DNA of 59,733 nucleotides, filler included, from Asterionella formosa (lineage: Eukaryota): assembly GCA_002256025.1 (NCBI GenBank). It is 10 parts of 10 records of this genome, joined end to end, with 100 filler letters (N's around TTAATTAATTAA, not from the genome) between each part and the next. Parts side by side here need not be neighbours in the genome. Positions count along the whole stretch, not along the records: positions 47,883 to 53,758 come from NKIB01012901.1; positions 53,859 to 59,733 come from NKIB01012902.1; 8 more parts are not named here. One strand, 5' to 3'. A model generated the notes under the pieces. It searched no databases. It was not told the DNA's origin and worked only from the letters and a program-made list of their open reading frames with translations. Position 1 is the first letter of the stretch; every line of letters starts with the position of its first letter. Positions 48,093-58,504 of this stretch are shown here, one piece after another. The position numbers and the translations under genes are program-made.

Positions 48093-50681
48093 ATGGAACC
48101 TGCCAATATTGACGATGCGCTGAGACGTTTGGTGTCTTCCATTGCTGGCGACAACGACGACGCAGCTGAATCACAACCTCATCATGACCAAATCATGGCG
48201 TTGGCTCACCGTATCGTGGCGTCGAGAAAGTACGCATCGATGGCTGCCGCTGCTACTACTAATAACAACGACTCCAACCTGCGACGAGTGGAACGTTCGC
48301 ACGGCAAGGAGGCCCGAGCTACAATGGAAGGACTACACCGCGACCTCGCAAGAGTGTGCGGAGAACCGACGATTGCCGATGATGTTGTCGCTGTGCTATC
48401 CAAGGTTTCTGTAGAACAGCAAAGCATCAAGCCCCCAGAGTTGCTGAGGAGGATTACCGAACCACCGCCGCCACCGATTGCTATTTCCAAACAAGCAACT
48501 CAATTTGACAAGACAATTGCCATGAGTAAATTGGACGACGACGAAGTTCTATTCATTCGAGAATGCCTCTACGCTTTACAAGGCATCAACGGCCAGCACG
48601 TTCAGTTGCAGGGCAAGGTCATGACCATCAAATCTACGCCTGCCATAATGTGCGGACGCTCCACGTTGAACACTCACTCAAGACTTGGGAGTGGAGCCCA
48701 CACTGCATTGCGTCAATGCGCCGAAACTGGCTGGTACTATTCTCGAGTGCAACAGTATGTGAACAACGCATCGAATGGATTTTGTACGCTGGCATTGGCA
48801 CAAGCATTGAGAAAAGAATTACACGAATATCATAGAATGATTGCAACCATGGATTATGACCTACAGCAAGATAAGTCTACGTTGATACTTCGACAAGTCT
48901 TGCTGAATTTAGCCGCGCCGAACAGTCGACTCCGCATACTGGCCATGCTCACCGATGGACTAGCTTTATTGAGAGGTGGCCAATTACTGACAGGTCTTTA
49001 TCGACATTCTCTTCATGGTGACACAAGGCATGCTTCTTTAGTGACTAACCTACTCCTCGAGACATCAAAACCTTGGTTTCACTCGCTCTACATGTGGACG
49101 ACACAAGGAATCTTGCTTGATCCATTTGAAGAATTCTTTATCTTTGAAGATGAAAACATTGACGATGCCAACATGTGGAACCACAAGTATTCTGTGGATG
49201 TGACTAAAGTTCCATTGGGAATCATGAATTCAACCCTCGTTGAGCCAACCCTGCTTGTGGGCAAGGGCATTCGCTTTATTCGAAACAATCTTCAAGATTT
49301 GGTATGGCGCATGGATTACGAAACAAATGACGAAGAACCTATAGAAAAGTTGGGATATACAGCGGGTGGATCGTCTATACTACGTGCATGGTTGATCAAG
49401 GCGGCGGATCAAGTCAATTCGCATATACTTGGCTCGCTCCGGGCAGACCTTCTGCAAAACTTGTGGGCGTTGAAACAATTTCTATTGTTGGGACAAGGGG
49501 ATTTCTTTTCTGTTTTGATGACTGGCTTGCATGCGGAGTTCGAAAGCAAAGTTGGTATTGTGGGGATATATACCTATGTACTCATGGGAATTGTGGAAAG
49601 TGCCATCAAAAGCACAAACGCAGCGGAAATGCCAACATCCGTCTTGAATCGGTTACAAGTCGAACTTGATGTGGACGCCACGGATGACACACAATACATG
49701 TTTGCTGTACCAAATAATGGGAGTTATAAGGATGAGCGGACAGGGTGGGATATATTTCTGCTCAAATACGTAGTCCCTGATCGACTAACTGCCATCCTTG
49801 GGGAAGAGGAAATGAAACAGTATCGACAAGTATTTTCAATGCTCTTTGGAATGAAACGAGTAGAGTTCATGCTGACTTTGACTTGGCGTCAAAGCACAAC
49901 TTTGCAGCATTCTCTTCAAACATTTGCTCAATACAACGGAATCAGCCCGTCCACAAATGAAGATTATGCGTTTGCTCTGCTGCTACTACGGAGGATTTCC
50001 ATGACCAGACAGTCCATGAATCACTTTGTGACGAACTTGAAGAGCTATCTTTTCTTTGAAGTCCTTGAAGCCTCCTGGAAACTACTGTTTTACCAGATCG
50101 AGCATGCTCGATCTTTGGATGAAATTATTTCCGCGCACAATCTGTTTTTGAAAGGCATCATTCGCAAGGGTCTGCTCAACAGATCTGAAGAGGGCGGCGA
50201 GAATCTATCGAGACAAATTAAGACGCTGTTGGGCCTATCTTTGCGGTTTTGTAAGTTTCAGGAACAACTTTTTAACCAAGCTCTAGAAGCTGTCGACAGA
50301 TCCGCAGAAAAGAGGAGGGTCGCAGAGATGCGAATCAAGGATGGGGAGTGGGGCTTTGTGTCTGAGAGAGAAGTTGCCGACGAAGTCACTTTCTTTGGTC
50401 TCGTAGACCAGACAAGACTTGATGAAGTGAATGCAATCTATGACAAGTTCAATGCAGGAACTCTTGAACTTATGGAAGAACTTGACGGCACAATCAACGG
50501 GAAAGATTCCACTCACGCGTCGGCCCCCGGAACTCCTAGTAGGCCAGAACAAACCACGATTATGTGTAAACACGAACGGACCACAAACGCTTATCTCGAG
50601 GCAAATCATGACTCTCTCCGCTTCTTGACCTTTCAGTTGGATTACTCATCCTTTTACAATGCTCAGACTAATGAACACTAG
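48093..50681 (+). CDS. GCP3: Gamma-tubulin complex component 3 (Spc98/GCP3)
   Basis: 862 aa; LYALQGING, LLLGQGDF, GWDIFLLKY, YLFFEVLEASW, LDEIISAH and LRFLTFQLDYSSFY. Confidence 0.9.
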   Translation: MEPANIDDALRRLVSSIAGDNDDAAESQPHHDQIMALAHRIVASRKYASMAAAATTNNNDSNLRRVERSHGKEARATMEGLHRDLARVCGEPTIADDVVAVLSKVSVEQQSIKPPELLRRITEPPPPPIAISKQATQFDKTIAMSKLDDDEVLFIRECLYALQGINGQHVQLQGKVMTIKSTPAIMCGRSTLNTHSRLGSGAHTALRQCAETGWYYSRVQQYVNNASNGFCTLALAQALRKELHEYHRMIATMDYDLQQDKSTLILRQVLLNLAAPNSRLRILAMLTDGLALLRGGQLLTGLYRHSLHGDTRHASLVTNLLLETSKPWFHSLYMWTTQGILLDPFEEFFIFEDENIDDANMWNHKYSVDVTKVPLGIMNSTLVEPTLLVGKGIRFIRNNLQDLVWRMDYETNDEEPIEKLGYTAGGSSILRAWLIKAADQVNSHILGSLRADLLQNLWALKQFLLLGQGDFFSVLMTGLHAEFESKVGIVGIYTYVLMGIVESAIKSTNAAEMPTSVLNRLQVELDVDATDDTQYMFAVPNNGSYKDERTGWDIFLLKYVVPDRLTAILGEEEMKQYRQVFSMLFGMKRVEFMLTLTWRQSTTLQHSLQTFAQYNGISPSTNEDYAFALLLLRRISMTRQSMNHFVTNLKSYLFFEVLEASWKLLFYQIEHARSLDEIISAHNLFLKGIIRKGLLNRSEEGGENLSRQIKTLLGLSLRFCKFQEQLFNQALEAVDRSAEKRRVAEMRIKDGEWGFVSEREVADEVTFFGLVDQTRLDEVNAIYDKFNAGTLELMEELDGTINGKDSTHASAPGTPSRPEQTTIMCKHERTTNAYLEANHDSLRFLTFQLDYSSFYNAQTNEH

Positions 50682-50884
50682 CCTTAAAATTTTCAAAGTG
50701 GACAACTCGTCTTTTTGCAATACCCCCACAGTAGCTTTTTGACAATTCAAAGTGGCGCCTAGTTTCTAGAGGTTGGACTAGATGACTCGTGCTTGTACAG
50801 AGTTCGTATTTGCCAACACTCTAGCTAGTGATAAGGACATGCGAAAGATCAACAAACAACTTACGGATTTGCAAATAACTACAC

Positions 50885-53758
50885 TTATTGAGCACTTGGT
50901 CGACTTCTCTTGTTCGGACGATCCTTATCGCCGTCATCAATTGCTTGAATGAGAGATGTTCCAACAGGCACGGCCTCGAGCTGCTCATCATCGTCATCTT
51001 CCTCTGTGTTCACTTCCGCCCCAGTAGCTGCAGCATCGACTGGCACTCGCCTTGCAGGAGAAACACTGTCACTGCCGTCCTTTCCAGTTCTTCGTCTTTT
51101 GGGAGGTGTGGCGTCTGTTATGCAGAAATTGGACTTGTCCTGTGCTCGATAGAACGACGACAGCAAACCCTCAGCCAGTTCGGAGCTGATGCGCAGTTCG
51201 ACCAACTCATCGTCAAGTCGATCTTTAAGACTCTTCAAGTCAGCGCGCATCTCGTGTACCAAAGCCTCAACACGAAGAGACCGATCATTGGTCGTAGTCA
51301 ACGCTCTCATGTTCAAATGTCGAATTCGACGTTGCCGGTTAAGTTCATTCCGCCTCTGCAACAATGTTGCTCGAAGAACCGACAACTCACATTTAGCGTC
51401 TTCCCATTCTCTGAACCCTCGAGGAAGGCCTTGGTTCTCACGCATTCCAAGCACGCCGTGCCCTTCAAAAATGGGCTTTTTCAATGCACTCTCAATAGCA
51501 GAAATTTCAGTTTCAGCAACGATGCCTCCACGACCGATAGAGGTCGGAAGTATGCCTGAACCGAAAGGAACAAAACGTTTTGAAGCAGCAGAATTGTTTG
51601 ATTCACCATTTTGGTATCCCGGGGCAGCAGCTTCCCCTGACTGACTGCCTTCTACTTCATCTTCGACATCCATGCCCTCTTCATTTGTGACCATCGGCTT
51701 GTCCTTTGGTCTGACGAAACCAATTGTTTCCATACCCGCAACGTCAAGGCAACTTCCAACGGGAAGAGCAGTTTCAATCATCGATTTCCACCTAGCGGCA
51801 AGCTTCGAATCCGAGTAAGAACTGGGGTCTTCCTTGGAGGTGACAACACTCGCGGAAAAGAACCCGATACCGAATGGAAGTTCCACACAAATGCGCGGAG
51901 AAAGGACGTTTTCCTTCTGAGGTTCTCCTTTCCTATGGCCGTCAGAGAATGGTGGCTTCTTGCCGCCGTTCTTCGTGTTAATCGCCATTCCCGATGGAAC
52001 CGTTTTCCAAGTGGCGTCCTTATCCTCACCTTGGATATTACCAGTTTTGCCACCTGATAGCACTCCACCTAGCGAAGTTTTAGCAGCTATGTTCCTTTCT
52101 ACCAGTGATGCAATCTTCCCTGAGGGAGTGCCGAACCCATGAGTCGAGTCGGGTTTTGCCTCCCCAACAATCGCCTGTCGAAATGAAGTTGGTTTAGAAA
52201 TAGGTACAATAGGCAGTGGCAGAGTGGGCTTGGGAATAGCAGCGGATAGCGGTGCGGTCGAGGCATCTAATTCGCAAGGACCATAGACATGTATCACAGT
52301 TCCTTCGCCATAAGGAGTATGCACGGCATCGCCAGGAAGTATCCAGGCACTAGCAATGTCTACAGGAGCAAAAACCGTGGATTGATTCCAATCCATTAAG
52401 CTCTGCGCGCTGACTCCTCCTATCCCCGGAGGTATCTTAACTTCAGCTGTGGGAACTATCGTGTCAATGGCAATACCAATATCAGCCATCTCACTTCCCC
52501 GCGCCTTCAGAATTGCCAAAACATCCTTCATGACATGACTTCCCTTTCCCCCGCCACGGCTCCGCGTCCTGGAGGTGAGCAAGTCTGCAGATTTGATGCA
52601 ATTTTGCTGGATACGACCAAGCTCTTGGTTCAATTCACGACCCTCTTCATTCAAAGCTCTTAGTTGTGATAGATAACTATTCTGAAGTGCAAAGCCAATC
52701 GACTCGATGCGCTCGCGTTCATGTTCGGCATTTTGCAATTCTTCGCGTGTTCTTTGAACTGTCTTACGATAGTTACTTAAATCAATCTCGACATCTTGAG
52801 GCTTCCGTTCCCATCGCAACATGCGGTGTTTCTTCTTTGGACCTACAGATTCCGGCGGTCTAGGTGGGTTGTACGCGGTCACAGCTTCCACCACATGTGG
52901 AGGACGAGTTGGTTGATTCTTTTTACCGTTACCGTCAATGTCATCCCCAGTGTTGACATCCGGTGGTGCCAGAAATACCTTTGAGGTGGCTGCCATGCTC
53001 ATTTCCAGTTTTGTAGAATGTGCACTGGCATCCTCCATATCATCGTCTGAAGGCCCCGCAGCACCTCCGTCATCGTCCAAGTCCATTGGGCTGTCGTCAC
53101 GTCCCTGATTCGAGACAGGTCGGGTTTTGCGACTTCGTTTTGAAGGAACCTGTCCTGCCACCCCCAAACTAGTGACAATGGCACGCGCCAAGGTCAAATC
53201 CAAACGCACCTCCGACTTTCGCAAGGCGTGAATTCCGTCAACATGAGGAAGAAAGCGAGTCCGCGTCAGCCGTTCATGTCCCGTCAAGTCTTCTAGAAAC
53301 GAATGAGTAGCGACAGCTGGGCTGAGTTCTTTATCAGCTTGGTCGTCTGGGGCAATCCTCACGTCCTCGTCCTTGTGACGATCCCGACCTCTCGTACTGT
53401 AGTGCTGTTCTGGTCGTTCGTCCCGGAGGTCGTCTGCAGCAGTGACGGTCGTCACTTCTGCGCGAGCCATGCCGTCCAGAGCCGACGAGTCTTTACTAGT
53501 ACCGCCGTTGGTGTCCTCGTCCTTTGGGGCGTGTTCCGAGGGCCCCTCCGACGCCGTTTCCGACGAGCCCATCATTTCCTCAGTGGCCACATCCGCGGAG
53601 GCAGCATTTAGCAGAGCTGACACAGCATCGTCAGTGTTAGTTTCTTCCTTGGCACCATCGACTGATGTATCCGTTTCCATCGGAGCAGAAGCCTGCCCTG
53701 TGGCCAACTGATGGTCGTCGTCATCCGAGTCGGAAGCTGTGGCGTCGGTCTCGTCCGA
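50885..53758 (-). CDS. Large hypothetical, probably nuclear, coiled-coil protein (5' end cut by contig end)
   Basis: Open frame of >940 aa running into the gap; two coiled coils, NLS-like PPKRRR and PNKRSRP, and a GDAVHTPYGEGTV beta motif. Confidence 0.8.
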   Translation of the reverse strand, partial: SDETDATASDSDDDDHQLATGQASAPMETDTSVDGAKEETNTDDAVSALLNAASADVATEEMMGSSETASEGPSEHAPKDEDTNGGTSKDSSALDGMARAEVTTVTAADDLRDERPEQHYSTRGRDRHKDEDVRIAPDDQADKELSPAVATHSFLEDLTGHERLTRTRFLPHVDGIHALRKSEVRLDLTLARAIVTSLGVAGQVPSKRSRKTRPVSNQGRDDSPMDLDDDGGAAGPSDDDMEDASAHSTKLEMSMAATSKVFLAPPDVNTGDDIDGNGKKNQPTRPPHVVEAVTAYNPPRPPESVGPKKKHRMLRWERKPQDVEIDLSNYRKTVQRTREELQNAEHERERIESIGFALQNSYLSQLRALNEEGRELNQELGRIQQNCIKSADLLTSRTRSRGGGKGSHVMKDVLAILKARGSEMADIGIAIDTIVPTAEVKIPPGIGGVSAQSLMDWNQSTVFAPVDIASAWILPGDAVHTPYGEGTVIHVYGPCELDASTAPLSAAIPKPTLPLPIVPISKPTSFRQAIVGEAKPDSTHGFGTPSGKIASLVERNIAAKTSLGGVLSGGKTGNIQGEDKDATWKTVPSGMAINTKNGGKKPPFSDGHRKGEPQKENVLSPRICVELPFGIGFFSASVVTSKEDPSSYSDSKLAARWKSMIETALPVGSCLDVAGMETIGFVRPKDKPMVTNEEGMDVEDEVEGSQSGEAAAPGYQNGESNNSAASKRFVPFGSGILPTSIGRGGIVAETEISAIESALKKPIFEGHGVLGMRENQGLPRGFREWEDAKCELSVLRATLLQRRNELNRQRRIRHLNMRALTTTNDRSLRVEALVHEMRADLKSLKDRLDDELVELRISSELAEGLLSSFYRAQDKSNFCITDATPPKRRRTGKDGSDSVSPARRVPVDAAATGAEVNTEEDDDDEQLEAVPVGTSLIQAIDDGDKDRPNKRSRPSAQ

Positions 53759-54496
53759 NNNNNNNNNNNNNNNNNNNNNNNNNNNNNNNNNNNNNNNNNN
53801 NNTTAATTAATTAANNNNNNNNNNNNNNNNNNNNNNNNNNNNNNNNNNNNNNNNNNNNGGGTTCTGTGGTGATTTCAGAAATATTGGATAGTCTAGTACG
53901 AACTGTTATTGTGAAGGAGTAGTACTTGAATGTATTCCCAGTGATGTCCCATAAATGGCATTTTAGAGGTACATAATGACATGTAATATGAGGTCTAGAG
54001 ACTAATTTGCACAAAAGGGAAAGAGAGTAATACTTCTTGTGAAATATGATACTATAGTAAAAGCAATTTAGTTATATGCTCCATGCGCATGCATTGTGGT
54101 GTTGTGATGATTCATACTCATGATGTTGGGTGAGAGGAAGACCAAACAGATAGCCTTGCTCACCAGAAGTGATGAAGGTTTGGTGGGTTGGTGGGTGTAA
54201 GCAGAGGTGATGGAGGAAATTAAATGGCACGCTTCAAAAGTGTTAGCACTTGTTGGTTGTTGGATGAAGAGGGTATTTACATTAACCTACCTGGTAACGG
54301 TATCAGTCCAAGTGATGAGGGGAGTTCTTGTCCCTGCTGTGTGTACGGTATAGGTACTTGCAGTCTACGTGTGCAGGAACCACCCAAACACTAAGTCCGG
54401 GTTATTATGTTTTTCTGAGAGCATTGATGCTTGATGCAATGCTTGCTTCATCAGTGCAGCATTGCCGAGCAAAGAGACTCCGCCTATCAATCTTAA

Positions 54497-55196
54497 GGTT
54501 CCTGCATTTGAACCCCTAGCTCGAGGTAGGGTTAAAAAAATAATATTAAGTCAGAGTGGTCAAACATAGACTTCTTACGAGTAAAACGTAATGGTATATC
54601 ACTAAACGGAGCTTTCACCAATACACACTCTTTCCACATGCTTAAATACAGTCATTTATCAAAGTAGGGGTATAGGTCAAGGCTAAAAATCGTCAGGATG
54701 TAGGATCTGTCGAGAAACTGCAGAAAGGAACTTCGGTTTTTTAACTATGCTGAAAATAGTGGATTTTACCGGGCTAACTCGTTTATTTGGCCTAGTAAAA
54801 AAACCGAAGTTCCTTTCTGCAGTTTCTCGCCGAAAGTAAACTTCTGGTTCCAGGTAAATGATCATCATTCGTCATGGTAGTGCACGCTAACCAGTACCTT
54901 AGTACTGATAGTTTGCACATTCAAATATATTTTGAAGCCGCCGGGTCGTGCATGTGAAACATATTTATGATACGAGTCGCTCAATATAAAACATTCAGCG
55001 ATGTAGAATCTATTATTACATATTTTATGCATTTGAAATGGAATCTATATACGTACGCGCAAATTTCCACTCATTTGAATTTTTCAAACGGATTCTTTGA
55101 TATTCAAATTAGCACATAAAAGTTCTTAGTTCCAGGGAATTTCGGCAACCCTAAGCAATATTTTAATTTTTGCCTAGGGGTTCAAATGCAGGAACC
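54497..55196. mobile_element. 700-bp non-autonomous TIR element (MITE) flanked by TTAA
   Basis: Perfect 23-bp TIR ggttcctgcatttgaacccctag / ctaggggttcaaatgcaggaacc with TTAA on both sides; no ORF. Confidence 0.9.
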
Positions 55197-55358
55197 TTAA
55201 TGCCTCAGCTATGATTGTCATCGTCATCAACTTCGTCATCAGAGAATAATGCAGAAGCAAGATCTGTTTTCACACTCGACGTTACTGTAATTGCTAACAT
55301 ACAAACTCGTGTAAATACGGTAGGCTAGTGTGCCACTCAAGGATTAATCGTTTGGAAA

Positions 55359-57083
55359 ATGACCGCGAGCAGCATGCTTTCGTATTCATTGTGGAACATG
55401 CTTCTCTTTTTACTACTCAGCGCCCCAGCTTCATCAACATCAGCGTCATCCTGTTCCGCCTTTACGGTGCCCAAAACAACTAAATGCTATCCATTTCGGC
55501 AACGACAAGTCAACGGCCATGTCAAGTCATCATCAAGTGCCAGCCAACCATCGGCATTGATGCCTCCCTTCTCAGCCAACTATACTCTCCAATTTCCAAC
55601 TCATAACAAGCTCTTGGAACTATCTCCCGGTCAAGCTGTGCCATCCGAGATCATTTCTGCAGCTGCTCCTTGTGGTGAAATGCACAACTTTCGCGTCTTG
55701 TTGTATCCTCGTGGCGGCGGAGGCGAAGAAGACTTGTCAAACCGAAAACTAAATATACTAGGAAATGACAAGCTTGAACGAAAATCCACGGGATTTGGCA
55801 TGGCCTACAGGGTGCTGCCAATGTTTGGCAAGCCACAACAAGAACGTGTTGGCATTTACCTTCAATATCTGTCACAACATGACATGGCTTTCGTCGATGC
55901 CACTTTTGAAATGAAACTAAAAGGAACACAATCGGAAGGTAGACGATTTGATTTGATGTGGAGTGCGGGCATGAGATTTGTTTCCGCAGGTCAGCAAAAC
56001 TTGGCCAATGGTACAGCATCAGATTTTGGGGCTCATTTATTGCATACTGAAATGTTGGAACATTTCATGGGAGCTGAAGAATGGTCGTCTGAACCACTTG
56101 TCATTCACTTGACACTAAATCTTCATCCAAGGATGGAAGCAGCAGTTGTATCATCAAATGATCCATTTGGGAATGGCACTATGATGGACATTCGACACAC
56201 AGACAAAGCTAGGACTGGAAAAATTGTTGTCCCAGTCTTGCAACGATTGGAACAGAGAAATCGTATGTTTGAACTTGGAGCATATCCAGGTGTAGAATAT
56301 CGCATAATGCGCATATTAAATGACAATGAAGAGGAATTTTTCCACTCCTTTCCAAATTGTCAATATGAGTTAAAACCCATTTACCCTTTGGTGGAACAAC
56401 TCGAGCGTCCATGGCCGATTCTTGTCCACGAGAAAGAAATTCCTAAACTTTATACAGCAACTATGTACAATATCATTTCAGCTGTTGGGTCACTTTTAAC
56501 GGCAGCTATTGGTTTGGGCACAGCATTCTGTCTGTCACAAGCTATTTCGTTGTTTTTCATTCCATCTCGGAGTATGGAACCAACTCTACAAGTGGGTGAT
56601 GTCCTCTTAGTAGAAAAGGTTACTCCACGCTTGCACCTAGGGAACAATCATATTGGTGATGTGGTGCTGTTTTCACCTCCTGCCCGACTGCGAGAAATCG
56701 TTTCAACCAACGGTGGTAAAATCACTGCTCGTGATTTGTTTGTCAAGCGAGTTGCCGCAAATCCTGGTGATATCATTTACGTTGAGAAAGGAGGGCATGT
56801 CGTTGTAAATGGAATGATACAAACTGTAAATCGAGCATTTTGTGGTTCCGAGCCGTTAAAATTGATTGAACAGTACATTGTTCCAAGTGAGACAACAATC
56901 ATGAATGATGAAGTCTTTGTCCAAGGAGACTGCAGTACAGTATCAATTGATTCACGTGTTTGGGGACCCTTAAAAAGCAACAATATTGTGGGCAAGCCAA
57001 TAGTGCGGATATGGCCACTAGAACATTTCGGCCGAGTTCCAAATCTCCCACTCCTTCCTTCAGAAGTAGATTGGACAAATTAA
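55359..57083 (+). CDS. Plastid-targeted signal peptidase I (S26A, thylakoidal processing peptidase-like) with MATH-like N-terminal domain
   Basis: Signal peptide plus SA|FTVP; TM; IPSRSMEPTL (Ser), FVKRV (Lys) and GDCSTVSIDSRVWG; FRVLLYPRG...VGIYLQY...VDATFEMKL upstream. Confidence 0.88.
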   Translation: MTASSMLSYSLWNMLLFLLLSAPASSTSASSCSAFTVPKTTKCYPFRQRQVNGHVKSSSSASQPSALMPPFSANYTLQFPTHNKLLELSPGQAVPSEIISAAAPCGEMHNFRVLLYPRGGGGEEDLSNRKLNILGNDKLERKSTGFGMAYRVLPMFGKPQQERVGIYLQYLSQHDMAFVDATFEMKLKGTQSEGRRFDLMWSAGMRFVSAGQQNLANGTASDFGAHLLHTEMLEHFMGAEEWSSEPLVIHLTLNLHPRMEAAVVSSNDPFGNGTMMDIRHTDKARTGKIVVPVLQRLEQRNRMFELGAYPGVEYRIMRILNDNEEEFFHSFPNCQYELKPIYPLVEQLERPWPILVHEKEIPKLYTATMYNIISAVGSLLTAAIGLGTAFCLSQAISLFFIPSRSMEPTLQVGDVLLVEKVTPRLHLGNNHIGDVVLFSPPARLREIVSTNGGKITARDLFVKRVAANPGDIIYVEKGGHVVVNGMIQTVNRAFCGSEPLKLIEQYIVPSETTIMNDEVFVQGDCSTVSIDSRVWGPLKSNNIVGKPIVRIWPLEHFGRVPNLPLLPSEVDWTN

Positions 57084-57479
57084 CGCAAATTATGACCGGG
57101 ATGTTGTTCATTTTCTTATCGTCTATGCAGTCAGTTAGGATACAGAACATTGAGCGTGTTGCTGCAAACTTTCAATCAGTGTACTTGCAAAACTTGAAAA
57201 ATGTCATGTAAATGATATTCTATTGACCATTGGCTACTCAAAATCTTTGTCAAAGTACATAGGATGAACCCACCCTAATCAACTTGAATTTTTATTCATT
57301 CCTTATAAAAGATGAATTGTTCAGTAACACTTTTAATATCAAAAGGGAACTGTAAAACTAAATAAACCAATCTTCTTGACCCTTCAATAATGTGAGGGAC
57401 ACTGAAAGGGGATTTTATCGGGCTCCTTTCCAAATAAATTTGCCCAGCACTGGGTCCTACTCAAGAGAAACACAAGGGG

Positions 57480-57625
57480 TCATGGTGCTTTTTACTGAAG
57501 CGATGGTCAGCTCTCGATCGCACTTAGGAGTCAACTTATCAACCAATATCAATCATGGTGCTTTCTACTGAAGCGATGGTCAGCTCTCGATCGCACTTAG
57601 GAGTCAACTTATCAACCAATATCAA
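57480..57625. repeat. 73-bp tandem duplication with one mismatch
   Basis: tcatggtgcttt.tactgaagcgatggtcagctctcgatcgcacttaggagtcaacttatcaaccaatatcaa x2. Confidence 0.95.
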
Positions 57626-57939
57626 TACAGATAACAAAAGTATATATATAAAGTATAATGTGTTCATAGCCCATTTGTACTCCCCTATTATTGTGATACC
57701 TGCCAACAAGACCTGTGCTCCCCTAGTTTTGTTAGCATAGATGAGTCCCCAACCACATTTCGAAAATGGTGATTGTCTTAGCCACAGCAATAGGGGATAC
57801 CTGTATTAAGAATGACATGGAAAATTCAGTCGTAAAAAGAAGTAAAGTAATAACACTAAGAATGAGAACGAAAATTGAGATCGCAAGATCACTTTCACAG
57901 CGTTCTCCTGGACGATTGTTCGGTACCTGCCTGTTATTG

Positions 57940-58410
57940 GTAAAATTCAACCCAAGTTGTATTTTTCTGTAGACCCCTGGTATTGTCCTACTCGGGACAT
58001 GATGGTACCTTGACATTATTGACGAAATTCTACCAAAGTAGTATTTTTCTGTAGGGCTCCGGTAGTGTTCTACTCTGGACAGGTCAATACTGTCCGGTAC
58101 CCCTCCCTTGCTTGACCGTGGTGAAAATATGGTATAGAGAAAGGCAAAAATTCTACCCAGTAGTACTGGGGGTAGAATTTTTTTTCACATTTTGGTAGAA
58201 TATTCTACCAACGGACCGATGGAACCCTGCAGTATGCCATGGTATTGTCCAAGAAATTCTACCAGGGGTACCTGGTACGTCGTACTGGAGTACCGGTAGT
58301 GGTACCAGTACCAGGGTGGTACATGCAAAAAATTCAACCCCGGTACCAGGGGCACCAGGTACTAAGCGATAGTATAATACTGGTTGGTCCTCGTTCCTAC
58401 CAAGGGTACA
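57940..58410. repeat. Degenerate repeat array built on AAATTCTACC in both orientations
   Basis: Motif near 57943, 58025, 58148, 58254 and 58331, with inverted ggtagaat near 58172 and 58194; two ~57-bp blocks (57943, 58025) align. Confidence 0.65.
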
Positions 58411-58504
58411 GTGCAACCTTTTAAGACCGTAGTGAAAGCTAGTGTACTAGCAGTCAACTAGCACTGTGTACAAGGTAAACTACAAGACACCCTGGTACTG
58501 GTAT

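Noticed and set aside
5892..53858. TTAATTAATTAA recurring every ~5.98 kb
   Set aside because: It is always centred in N runs with monotonically shrinking spacing, so it is an assembly linker and not a biological periodic repeat.
57940..58410. CRISPR-like repeat-spacer array
   Set aside because: The motif is only ~10 bp, irregularly spaced and in both orientations, with no cas genes and a eukaryotic context.
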